DNA from: Squalus acanthias
Lineage: Eukaryota
Reading direction: 5' to 3'
DNA: 64,000 nucleotides
Assembly (NCBI GenBank): GCA_030390025.1
Contig: CM059433.1
Span: 16,432,001-16,496,000, forward strand
The position numbers were made by a program, and so were the translations under genes. Positions 46,754-58,524 of this stretch are shown here, in pieces. Within the stretch, counting starts at the first letter, position 1, and the number at the start of each line of letters is the position of its first letter. The notes under the pieces are model-generated. The model did no database searches, had not been told where the DNA came from, and saw nothing but the letters and a program-made list of their open reading frames with translations.

Positions 46754-48825
46754 ATGGAGAGGGTGAGAGAACGCGCTCATCGCTTCACCGAGCGGGCCTT
46801 GGATGCTCTGGTTGACGCAGTGGAGCGCAGACGATGCATGCTGTTCCCGGAGAGTGGCAGGAGGCCTTTGCCACGCGAGTTCAGAAGAGTGTGGAGGGAG
46901 GTGGCTCAGAGCGTCTCCTCCAGGAGCATGGTGCCCAGGACCCATGTCCAGTGCCGCAAAAAGTTCAACGACCTCACTCGGGTCGTCAGGGTGAGTGGCT
47001 TTTTCTCAATACCTCTCCATCCCTCCATCTCAACCTCACTCTATGGCCAGAGGGTCTTAAAACCCCAATGCACAACACTCATGCAACACCTATGGCCCTT
47101 TCATCAAACACACACACACATTCCACACTTTGCATACAGTAAGGGCTATTCACCTATGGGAGGCACATCAGGCAAGACCATGGCTGCATACAGTAAGGGC
47201 TATTCACCTATGGGAGGCACATCAGGCAAGACCATGGCTGCATACAGTAAGGGCTATTCACCTATGGGAGGCACATCAGGCAAGACCATGGCTGCATATT
47301 GTAAGGGCTATTCACCTATGGGAGGCACATCAGGCAAGACCATGGCTGTATATTGTAAGGGCTATTCACCTATGGGAGGCACATCAGGCAAGACCATGGC
47401 TGTATATTGACTCAGATGCTGTCCTTTTTCCTGCAGGCTAAGCTGGCTCATAATCGGAGACAGCAGCAACGGACGGGTGGAGGGCGGCTTCAGCTGCAAC
47501 CCCTCAGCGATCTGGAGGAGCGCGTCCACAGGATTGTGGCAAGCCGGGTGATCGGTCCCGTCGCCACTGGAGACGCCGACCCCGTTGTGGACAGCAATGG
47601 TAAGGTCATCACCTTTTTGTCCTCTGTCCTTCCACTTGTCCCTCACAATACCAGCCTTTGACACTTTCAATCCAACTTGCTAACTCGCTGCACTTATTCC
47701 TCCCTTACTGCCACCCTGTCCTCACGCTAAAGCCACTCTTGTACCTCCCTGCTTTCAGATGGTGATTCACCAGCTGAGGAGATGGTCCCTGAAGCTGCCA
47801 CTGGGAGTGATGCTGCAGCTGAGGAGGAAGAGGAAGCCGGAGCATCAGTGCCACCCTCTCCCGAGGAAGCCCATGGCCACACTGGGAACACGCCTTCCCC
47901 GGAGGGGAGCAGGGGGGAAGGGGCTGATGATGGTGAAGTTCCAGGACCCAGCGGGCTGCAGCAACGCCATTGGGGGGGGAGGGAAGAACGGGGGAGCAGG
48001 GGGGAAGGGGCTGATGATGGTGAAGTTCCAGGACCCAGCGGGCTGCAGCAACGCCATGGGGGGGGGAGGGAAGAACGGGAGCCTACTCCCCAGAGGGAGA
48101 GTATGCCAGACACTCCTAATGCAATGGACGCAGAGGAGGAGCGGCTGATTGCAGAAATGAACAGCCAGGCGGTGGGCATGCACACTGAGCTCATGGGTGC
48201 AGTGGGAAGGGTGCCCGAATGCATTGAGGCACTGGCAAGGAGTGTGGAGCACTTCGCTGTAGCACAGGCGGATGCCACACTAAAGCTTACTGCTGCAATT
48301 CAGTCACTGGCTGCCAGGTACCCATCTGAGACTGCTCTCATGCAGACTCAGATTGAGGCCACGCGAGCACTGACTGCTGCCATCCTCGATGGTTCGTGCA
48401 CATGTCCCCGGGGCTGTCACCGCGCCGCAGCAGGCCAGCAATCTGTTCTCCGGCAAATTGCTCCGGATGCTGAAGTGCTGCCCCGTGGGAGTGCCAGTGT
48501 GTCGGGCGAGCAGGGAGTTGCTGTCCTCTCTCACGATGACAGCATTCCTGCTGCCAACACTGTCACTTCTCCACTGCACTTGCCACCGCCTGTAGGACAG
48601 ACTGCTGCCGCCCATGCAGAGTTGGTGCAGTCTGCAGCCGGGCCCTCCAGGCCCAGAAGTGGTCGAGGCCGTCCTTCAGGGGCATCTGCAGTGTCAGGGT
48701 CTGACAAGCAGCAGCCTTCCACCAGCCTTGCTGCAGCCACTGAGGTCCCATTACGGAGGAGCAGTAGGGTTAGAAGGGGGGAAGTGCGCAAGGGAAGGAG
48801 ATCACCCTCGAAGGGCAAAAAGTAG
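46754..48825 (+). CDS. Harbinger Myb/SANT partner protein, 3 exons, 488 aa, open
   Basis: Exons 46754-46990, 47437-47599 and 47759-48825 (1467 nt in frame); QCRKKFNDL intact; 87-bp in-frame duplication at 47905-48078. Confidence 0.9.
47131..47400 (+). repeat. 54-bp minisatellite, 5 units, in intron 1
   Basis: Same unit as 11596-11703. Confidence 0.97.
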
Positions 48826-49119
48826 GAGGTGTGCCAAAATGCTGGTCATTTTTTTATTAAAGGCCGAGGTTCATGGCCCAACTTTTGTTTAGTGTTTTGG
48901 ACATTATCTCCAGGTTGTGAGAACCAGTTATGTTATTGACTGTTTTTTTGTGTTTATTTCTATGAGTTTGTCATGAGGAATTGACACACACAGAGTTTGT
49001 ACAATAAATAAGTTTCTGTATTCAAAATATACATGGCTGGTGGTTGGAATTATTGGTGCCTTGGCCGGCTTAGGGGTTGCGTGCTGGGTTGATTCGTGTT
49101 TGTAGCACTGGCAGGGGCC

Positions 49120-50279
49120 CTAGAAGCGGCTTGCTATTAGTCGTTGACGGACGGCCCTTGCAGTTTGACCATTGTGGGCCGCCCTCCTGCCTTGGTGCTG
49201 CTGCTGATCATCGTCCTCGGCCTGTTCCTCCTCTTCCTCCTCCTCCTCTTGTGGTGCTGCAAGGCCTGGTGGCATTGGCTGCGTCCTGAGGATTGCCATG
49301 TTGTGCAACATGCAGCACACCACTACGAATTTGGAAACTTGCTCAGGCGAGTACTGCAGGGCTCCTCCGGAATGGTCCAGACAGCGGAATCGTTGTTTGA
49401 GCACGCCGATTGTGCGCTCAATAATGTTCCTCGTTGCTTGTTGGCTTTCCTGGTACCGCAGCTCAGCAGGGGTGTTTGGCGCACGGAGCGGTGTCATCAG
49501 CCAGGTGCTCAATGCGTACCCCTTGTCCCCCAGAAGCCAACCAACTGGCTGATGCGGTGCCTCGAAAATTTCTGCCACAGTACTCTGGCGCAGGATGAAA
49601 GCATCGTGGCAGCTGCCCGGATAGTGGGCATTGACAGCGAGAATCACCTGTCTGTGGTCACAGACCAACTGCACATTCAAGGAATGGAACCCCTTTCTGT
49701 TCCGGAACTCCTCTGCATTCTCTCGCGGAGCACGCAAAGCCACATGCGTGCAGTCAATGGCGCCCTGCACCATGGGGAAGCCCGCTACCCTCGCAAAGCC
49801 CATAGCACGGTCATGCTGCTTGTCTGGGGTCATAGGGAAGGAGATGAAGTCTCGTCTCCTTGTGAAGAGGGCATTGGTGACCTGCCGGATGCAGCGATGC
49901 ACCGCAAACTGGGGATATTGGCGAGGTCCCCAACAGCAGCTTGGAATGAGCCAGTGGCGTAGAAGTTCAAAGCCACTGTGACCTTCACTGCCACCGACAG
50001 AGACGTCCTGGACCTCAGCTGAGGCTGCAGATCTGGCTGCAGCAGGTGGCAGAGCTCAGTGACCACCTCCTTGCTGAATCGCAGCCTTCGCAAACACAGC
50101 TCCTCGGACATGTGGATGTAGGAGAGCTGTTCACGATATACCCTGGGAGGGTAAGCTCTCCTGTACATGCGCCTGATGGCCCTCCTCCGTCTGGCCATCA
50201 TTGCCACTCTCTGTCTGCGTCTCACTCTCCTCCGATTGAGCTGGAGCAGGACGACGCCCCCAATCATTGCAGCCCCCAT
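49120..50279 (-). pseudogene. Harbinger transposase with a single 1-bp deletion frameshift (~49912)
   Basis: ATG 50279 to TAG 49120 is 1160 nt versus 1161 in copy 1; ATCTCCCAG has become ATCCCCAG; DDE motifs otherwise retained. Confidence 0.93.
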
Positions 50280-51248
50280 ATTCTCTTTGGCAGAAAAGTA
50301 ATGAGGTACAGCAACAAAAGTAGCAGCAAAGTTAGGATGAACTAGGCCAAACTACCTCACAAAGCGTTGAGTCAATGTAGAAGTCTCTCTCTCTCTCTCT
50401 CCGAATCTCTCTCTCTCTCTCTCAGAACGAGTGGTGCATAAATGTCGACCACAGAAAAAGACAGGAAGAGGCCCCCTTTAAATAGCGCCCCCCCCCAGCC
50501 CCACACCGATTGATAACGTTCCAGTCTTCCGGTCGTTGGAAGCACCAGGCGGTAAGGCAGGGGGCGCCACTCAATTTCCGCTCCGGGGCGCCCCAAGGGC
50601 GTTGCACCACGGAATGACGTCACAATCTGCGCGCGCAGGTGGTCGCAGCGGTAAGTTTTAGCGCCGCCGCACAATCTCAAGTTAAGTTCTCGAGCGGCGC
50701 AAACAGCGCTGCACCCGGGCGTTAGCGCCTTAACGCCCCATTAGCGCCCATTTAAGGCGCTAACGGGAGGCGCAACCAACTGAATTTTTACCCCTATGAC
50801 TCTATGACTGTAACTTGTCTTGCAAATATTTCAGATATTTGACTAATATGTGACCACATGTTGACTGGGAGATTGCCCTGTCTATTTTATCACGTTTAAT
50901 GTCATCATAACATTACATCACAGAAATCCCAGCAAATGGATAATGACAGAAACATTCAATGATAAAAGTATGAATTCATCTTCAAACAATCCAAGACTAA
51001 TAAGGATTATGTATTGGCAACACTCAGTCTATGTTGATGATGCTGACACATCTGAAACAATGGGATGAGTAATAGGTAATTGATTGCTCTGGCATTTGAA
51101 TTCATAACCTTCTGGTTGGGAATAGAGTAGACACTTTGCCACTTGAGCTAACATAAAATGGTACATAACGGAGGTGTATCATTGCACAATTTCAGTACCA
51201 CGTATGGTGTAATAAGAACATAAGTAATGGTTCACCGCTGACTCCATC

Positions 51249-52322
51249 AGGAAACAGAGAGTAGGAATAAATGGGTCTTATTCGGGGTAGCAGGCGGTGA
51301 CTAGTGGGGTACCGCAGGGATCAGTGCTTGGGCCCCAGCTATTCACAATATATATCAATGATTTGAATGAGGGAACCAAATGTAATATTTTCAAGTTTGC
51401 TGACGACACGAAACTAGGTGGGATGGTGAGTTGTGAGGAGGATGCAAAGATGCTTCAAGGCGATTTAGACAAGTTGAGTGAGTGGGCAAGTACATGGCAG
51501 ATGCAGTATAACGTGGATAAATGTGAAGTTATCCACTTCGGTAGGAAAAACAGAAAGGCAGAGTATTATTTTAATGGTGATAGATTGGGAAATGTTGATG
51601 TACAGAGGGACCTGGGTGTCCTGGTACACCAGTCACTGAAAGCAAACATGCAGGGGCAGCAAGCAGTTAGGAAGGCAAATGGTATGTTGGCCTTCATTGC
51701 AAGAGGATTTGAGTACAGGAGCAAGGATGTCTTACTACAGTTATACAGGGCCTTGGTGAGACCATACCTGGAGTAGTGTGTGCAGTTTTGGTCTCCTTAC
51801 CTAAGAAAGGATATACTTGCCATAGAGGGAGTGCAGCGAAGATTCACCAGACTGATTCCTGGGATGACAGGACTGTCGTAGGAGAGATTGGGTCGACTAG
51901 GCCTGTATTCACTAGAGTTTAGAAGAACGAGAGGGGATCTCATTAAAACGTATAAAATTCTGACAGGGCTAGACAGACTGGATGCAGGGAGGATGTTTCC
52001 CCTGGCTGGGGAATCTAGAACGAGAGGTCACAGTCTCTGGATATGGGGTAGGACATTCTGACTGAGATGAGGAGAAATTTCTTCACTCAGAGGGTGGTGA
52101 ACCTGTGGAATTCTCTACCACAGAAGGCTGTGGATGCCAAGTCACTGAATATATTTAAGAAGGAGATAGATAGATTTCTAGACGCAAAAGGCATCAAGGG
52201 GTATGGGGAGAGAGCGGGAATATGGTATTGAGATAGAGGATCAGCCATGATCATATTGAATGGCGGAGCAGGCTCGAAGGGCCGAATGGCCTACTCCTGC
52301 TCCTATGTTTCTGTGTTTCTAT
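51249..52322 (+). mobile_element. CR1 LINE 3' fragment (stops and frameshift)
   Basis: [22 protein letters not shown]...[10 protein letters not shown]; tail CCTACTCCTGCTCCTATGTTTCT. Confidence 0.93.
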
Positions 52323-52663
52323 CATCGATTAATATTGGTCAGCTTTGATCAGACATAAGTCGGGATTCAAACAAGGCCAATTTGTTCATTTCTGGTTATG
52401 GGAAGCTTTGCAGTACCCTGTATTGATCCCTAGAGGTTGCTGTTTACCACTGTAGATCGAAAGCAGGACATCAAACTTTTTTTTTGATAGAAAGTTAGCA
52501 CAATGTGCGAGTTAACTGACATTCTACCTAGCTGCACAGAGACTGGGAGTGGGAACTGGTGAGATGGGCCTGCAGTTATCATCGACATAAAAAATCTGAA
52601 AACGTTTGATTTACAGAAACAGATTTCAAAAAAGTATTTTTGGTGATCATTTTAAGCTGACCT

Positions 52664-53380
52664 CAGGCCCGGCCTTAGGGAAAATTACGCCCTGGGCAAA
52701 CTTGTATTTTGACACCCTTTTTTTGAGTTTAAGTATGTCGTAGTATTAGCGAAGGTTTCAGAAATAAAGCTGTAATCTCAAAAGTTTTTTTATAATTTAA
52801 ATATTAAACAATATATAAGTCATAAAAAGTAACATTATAGCTAAGTGACAAATAAACTAAACATTAACTTAAACAATAAATTAATAACTAACAATAACAA
52901 ATAACAAACTTTGTTCACCAAGATATTTTGAGCCACATCATTCTCGATAGACAGGGTGGCCAGCACAGATGGCCTGTCATCTCCCATGGTTGTTCGCAAA
53001 TATGTTTTTAATGAGCTTCAACTTCGAGAAGCTCGGTTCGCCGCTCACCACCGATAAGGCAGGGTTAACAGGACCCCGAGTGCTATCCACTGCCACCGAT
53101 ACAGGCACGGTTAACAGGACCCCGAGTGCTATCCACTGCCACCGATACGACCATGGTTAACAGGACCCCGAGTGCTATCCATGTGTTTGGGAACTTGCTC
53201 TTGAAACTTGATCTTTGCTCTTGTTGAGGAGCGCTGCAGTCCGCTGGAAGCAGATTTTGGAGGTAGCCAAGTTCTTCACAGAGGTCGACGCCATTAATAT
53301 CAGACGCTCTTGACCACAGCACCCCTGACCAAGGCACCCTGGGTGGTTTCTCACGTTGCCCACCCATAAGGCCGGCCCTG
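52664..53380 (-). mobile_element. hAT-superfamily non-autonomous deletion derivative (717 bp)
   Basis: TIR CAGG(C/G)CCGGCCTTA; 8-bp TSD GCTGACCT at 52656-63 and 53381-88; relic FPNTWIAL...SGEPSFSKLKLIK...YLRTTM...LSIEND of the hAT dimerisation domain. Confidence 0.9.
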
Positions 53381-53499
53381 GCTGACCTAATATTGTTATT
53401 GAAGTAAATACTGCTCAGGAGAAAATTGGAGTTGGTGTTTCCCAATAACAAAAAAATGCTCTGGTTTGAATTCGCTCGACAGAATCTGATTTCCCATCG

Positions 53500-55670
53500 A
53501 AATCATAGAATCATAGAATGGTTACAGCACGGAAGGCAGCCATTTGGCCCGTCAAGCCCGTGCCGGCTCTCTGCAAGAGCACTTCAGCCAGTCCCACTCC
53601 CCCGCCCTTTCCCTGTAGCCCTGCAAATTCTTTTCTTTCAGGTACTTATCCAACTTCCTTTTGAAAGCCGTGATTGAGTCTGCCTCCACCACCCTTTCAG
53701 GCAGTGAACTCCAGATCCTAACCACTCGCTGAGTAAAAAAGTTTTTTCTTATGTCGCCTTTGGTTCTTTTGCCATTCACCTTAAATCTGTGTCTTCTGGT
53801 TCTCGACCCCTCTGCCAATGGGAACAGTTTCTCTCTATCTACTCTGTCCCCAGACCCCTCATGATTTTGAACACCTCTATCAAATCTCTTCTCAATCTTC
53901 TCTGCTGTAAGGAGAACAACCCCAGCTTCTCCAGTCTATTCACATAACTGAAGTCCCTCATCCCTGGAACCATTCTTGTAAATCTTTTCTGCACCCTCTC
54001 TAACGCCTTCACATCCTTCCTAAAGTGCGGTGCCCAGAATTGGACACAATACTCCAGTTGAGGTCGAACCAGTGTTTTATACAGGTTCATCATAATTTCC
54101 ACGCTTTTGCACTCTATACCTCTATTCATGAAGCCCAGGATCCAGTATGCTTTTATAACTGCTTTCTCAACCTGCCCTGCCACCTTCAACAATTTGTGTA
54201 CATATACCCCTCGGTCTCTCTGTTCATGCACCCCTTTAGGTTTGTACCCTTTGGTTTATATGTCCTCTCCTCATTCTTTCTACCAAAATGTATCACTTCG
54301 CATTTTTCTGCGTTAAATTCCATCTGCCACATGTCCGCCCATTCTGCCTGCCTGTCTATGTCCTCTTGAAGTCTATCACTAACCCTCTCACTGTTCACTA
54401 TACTTCCAAGTTTTGTGTCATCTGCAAATTTTGAAATTGTGCCCTGTACACCCACATCCAAGTCATTAATATATATCAAGAAAAGCAGTGGTCCTAGAAC
54501 CGACCCCTGGGGAACACCACTGTATACCGTCCTCCAGTCCGAAAAACAACTGTTCAGCACTACTCTCTGTTACCTGTCACTTAGCCAATTTTGTATCCAT
54601 GCTGTCACTGTCCCTTTTATTCCATGGGCTTCAACTTTGCTGGCAGGCCTATTATGTGGCACTTTGTTGAACGCCTTTTGGAAATCCATGTACACCACGT
54701 CAACCGTATTGCCCTCATCAACCCTCTCTGTTACCTCATCAAAAAACTCGATCAAGTTGGTTAAACACGATTTGCCTTTAACAAATCCAAAATAACAACA
54801 GAAAATGCTGGAAACACTCAGCAGGCCAGGCAGTATTCATGGAGACAGAAACATAGTTAACGTTTCAGGTCTGTGACCCTTGACAAAGTTTCCAGCATTT
54901 TCTGTTGTTATTTCAGGTTTCCAGCATCCGCAGTATTTTGCTATTGTTTTAACAAATCCATGTTGGCTTTCCTTAATTAATCCACACTTGTCCAAGTGAC
55001 TGTTAAATTTGTCCCTGATTATTGTTGTGTATGACATCTGTCATGCACGCTCTTTTTCTGCTCTCATCTTGCTCTCTATCTCTTTCGTCATCCAGGGAGC
55101 TCTGACTTTAGTTGCCCCACCTTCCCCCTAGTGGGAATGTACCGCGACTGTACCCGAACTCTTTCCTCTTTAAAGGCAGCCCATTGTTCCATTACAGTTT
55201 TGCCTGCCAATCTTTGATTCCAATTTACCCGGGCCCGATTCGTTCTCAACCCACTGAAATTGGCCTTCCTCCAAATTAAATATTTTTACTCTAGATTTCT
55301 CCCTGTCCTTTTCCATAGCTAATCTAAACCTTATGATACTATGATCACTGTTCCCTAAATGTTCACCTACTGACACTTGCTCCACTTGACCCATCTCATT
55401 CCCCAGAACCAGATCCAGCAATGCCTCCTTCCTCGTTGGGCCGGAAACGTACTGATCAAGAAAGTTCACCTGAACACACTTCAGAAATTCTTCCCCCTCT
55501 CTACACTATTACTATCCCAGTCTACATTAGGATAGTTGAAGTCCCCCATTATCACTACTCTATAGTTCTTGCACCTCTCTGTAATTTCTCTGCAAATTTG
55601 CTCCTCCATATTTTTCCCACTAGTTGCTGGCCTATAGAATACACCTAGTAGTGTAATGACACCTCTATTA
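53500..55670 (-). mobile_element. CR1 LINE (EN plus RT, internally deleted) with (ATCATAGA)n-type tail
   Basis: [61 protein letters not shown]. Confidence 0.92.
54790..54947. mobile_element. Penelope-like family A inverted insertion inside CR1
   Basis: 13-bp TSD TTTAACAAATCCA at 54777-89 and 54948-60. Confidence 0.8.
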
Positions 55671-55694
55671 TTATGAAATTGGAGATACATTAAT

Positions 55695-56323
55695 CATAAT
55701 TTTCCAAAACTCTCTAGATTCAGGAATTGTGCCTTTGGATTGGAAAATACTCAAATAATGAAGCAGTCCATGCCCGCATGCAGCAAGACCTGGACGACAT
55801 TCAGGCTTGGGCTGATAAGTGGCAAGTAACATTCACGCCACACAAGTGTCAGGCAATGACTATCTCCAAGAGAGTGTCTAACCACTGCCCCTTGACATTC
55901 AACGGCATGACCATTGCTGAATCCCCCACCATCAACATCCTGGGGGATCACCATTGACCAGAAACTTAACTGGACCAGCCACATAAACTGTGGCTACAAG
56001 AGCAGGTCAGAGGCTGGGTATTCTGCAGCGAGTGTCTCACCTCCTGACTCCCCCCAAAGCCTTTCCACCATCTACAAGGCACAAGTCAGGAGTGTGATGG
56101 AATACTCTCCACTTGCCTGGATGAGTGCAGCTCCAACAACACTGAAGTAGCTCGACACCATCCTGGACAAAGCAGCCCGCTTGATTGGCACCCCATCCAC
56201 CACCTTAAACATTCACTCCCTCCATCAGTGGTGCACTGTGGCTGCCATGATCTTATTGAATGGCGGAGCAGGCTTGAGGGGCCATATGGCCTACTCCTGC
56301 TCCTATATCTTATGTTCTTATGT
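55695..56323 (+). mobile_element. Mosaic LINE: short CR1 RT piece, family X RT C-terminus, then CR1 3' tail
   Basis: IIFQNSLDSGIVPLDWK (55695-55748); 55750-56246 matches 17322-17822; 56246-56323 matches the CR1 tail at 52244-52320. Confidence 0.8.
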
Positions 56324-56954
56324 TGCGCCCATTTTACGCCCAGATAAACAGCACAACGCATTCCAATTTCTACCGCTTCATTTCCTGCATGAGTTTAGGT
56401 CATGAGAATAAACAGATCACCTTAACTTTGTTGTTTTACAGGAAGGAATTTTCCTAAGAGGAAATAATTTAGATTGCACCGAAAGGAGGAAACTGACACT
56501 TTTGGACACTGGTTCTGCAATGCAATGAAATGTGTGTAACTAATTAGTAAAATGGACTGAAGTTCATTCCAGCAGCATTGTTAGGCACAAGAAATTATGA
56601 TATATCGTAACAAATCACAACCATGATAACATGTTTATATGAAATTCCTCTATCCACAATCCTAATGAAGGCACTAACCTGTTTAAAATAAAAATGGGTT
56701 AATGGTTTCACAAAAATAAGACAGAAAATTTCATATGAACATGTTAACACATTCTAGAGTATTAACTTCCACACAATTGATATTAGACTTACATGTCTAT
56801 AGTTACCTGGTTTCTTCCTCCCTCTCTTCTCAAATAATGTGGTGATATTTGCAATTTTATAGCTCCCTGTTTTCTCTCTCCCACATTTCTTGAACAGTGT
56901 TGATTATTGAAGGACACTGCATGAGCCTCTGTGTGTCACCATTGAACAAAGGCA

Positions 56955-57622
56955 TGAGAACATAAAAATTAGGAGCAGGAGTCCAAAAATCTATCTATCT
57001 CAGCCTTGAATATACTCAAAGATTCAGCATCCACAGCCCTTTGGGGTAGAGATTTCCAAAGATTCACAACCCTCTGAGTGAATAAATTCCTCCTCGTCTC
57101 AGTCTTAATTGGCCGACCCCTTATCCTGAGACTATGCCCCTAGTCCTAGACTCTCCAGCCAGGGGAAACAACCTCTCAGCATCTACCCTGTCAATCCCCC
57201 TCAGAATCTTATATGTTTCAATGAGATCACCTCTCATTCTTCTAAACTCCAGTGAGTACAGGCCCAATCTACTCAATCTCTCCTCATAGGAAAACCCTCT
57301 CATCCCAGGGATCAATCTAGTAAACCTTCGTTGCACCGCCTCCAAGGCAAGTATGTCCTTCCTCAGATAAGGAGACCAAAACTGTACACAGTACTCCAAA
57401 GTACAATTGTAGTAAGACTTCCTTACTCTTGTACTCCAACCCCCATGCAATAAAGGCCAACATGCCATTTGCCTTCCTAATTGCTTGCTGTATCTGCATG
57501 CTAACTTTCTGTGTTTCCTATACGAGGACACCTAAATCTCTCTGAACACCTGAATAGTTTCTCACCATTTAAAAAATATTCTGTTTTTCTATTCTTCCTA
57601 CCAAATTGAATAACCTCACATT
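56955..57622 (-). mobile_element. CR1 LINE 3' fragment
   Basis: [32 protein letters not shown]...RGDLIETYKIL. Confidence 0.9.
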
Positions 57623-58524
57623 TACCTCCACATATCCCTCCATCATACCAATAGGAAAGACAGAGATTGCCTTCCAGGGCACTGGGGAGCTGGACTTAGA
57701 CTATGACAAGACTTGGAAACAGACTACCTGACTCTGTTGGTCTTGGATATAGACTGTCAGACTGTTAGAGAAATACCTTGGTCTTGGATGCAGACTACCA
57801 GACCATAGTTTACAGCCTGCCTTAGATAAGGCCATTCTACCAGTGCTTGGAGGTGGCTTGCTAGACAAATGGGCAGTTGGACTTAGATTATCAGGGATAT
57901 ACTTTCCCTCTACACTAGTAAATTTTCTCCTAAGCAATCCTTATTCTTCATAGCCTGGAAATTATTGTGAACGATATAATCTTATGAACTCTTAATGCCT
58001 TCATTTCAAATTTCTCTCCCACTATTTTAACACAGGCATTTGTTAAAAATAAAAGTTTAAAATAAGAGAGATGAATTTGCTATAAGCATGTTAAGCGTTT
58101 GTACTATAAATATTGTTCACAGTAATTTCTAGGCTTATAATGCCAATTTCCTCAGAAAGGACACTTTGCAGAAAAGCGCAAGTATTTTGGTGAATTACAA
58201 GCAGGGAAGTATAACAAAGTAAATCACAAGAATGGAAGCCCATTCCACCCGCCTTTGGTAGCGCCATAGCACTCCCCGTATAATGCCGAGAAATAAAAGT
58301 AAAAAATGTTGGATATACAGAGTAGGCCTGTTAGCATCTGAAAAGAGAAAGATACATAAGGATAAAGAATCAGTCACCATTATTTCCTGGTATTTATAAT
58401 TAGCTTAGTAATGGTGCAGATGACCTTTTTCATTGTGCTTCCACCCCATGGTCCACCAGCTGCTTTTTGGTACGAACAGAGACTCATTGTAAACAAAATG
58501 TTAAATCTCAACACAATCTCCTGA

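Larger units (their letters stand above)
46396..50794. mobile_element. Full-length Harbinger, copy 2 (4399 bp), opposite orientation to copy 1
   Basis: TIR GGGGTAGAAATT / AATTTTTACCCC; TAT TSD at 46393-95 and 50795-97; colinear with 8277-12439. Confidence 0.97.

Noticed and set aside
47131..47400. CRISPR-like array
   Set aside because: Contiguous units without unique spacers, eukaryotic context, no cas genes.
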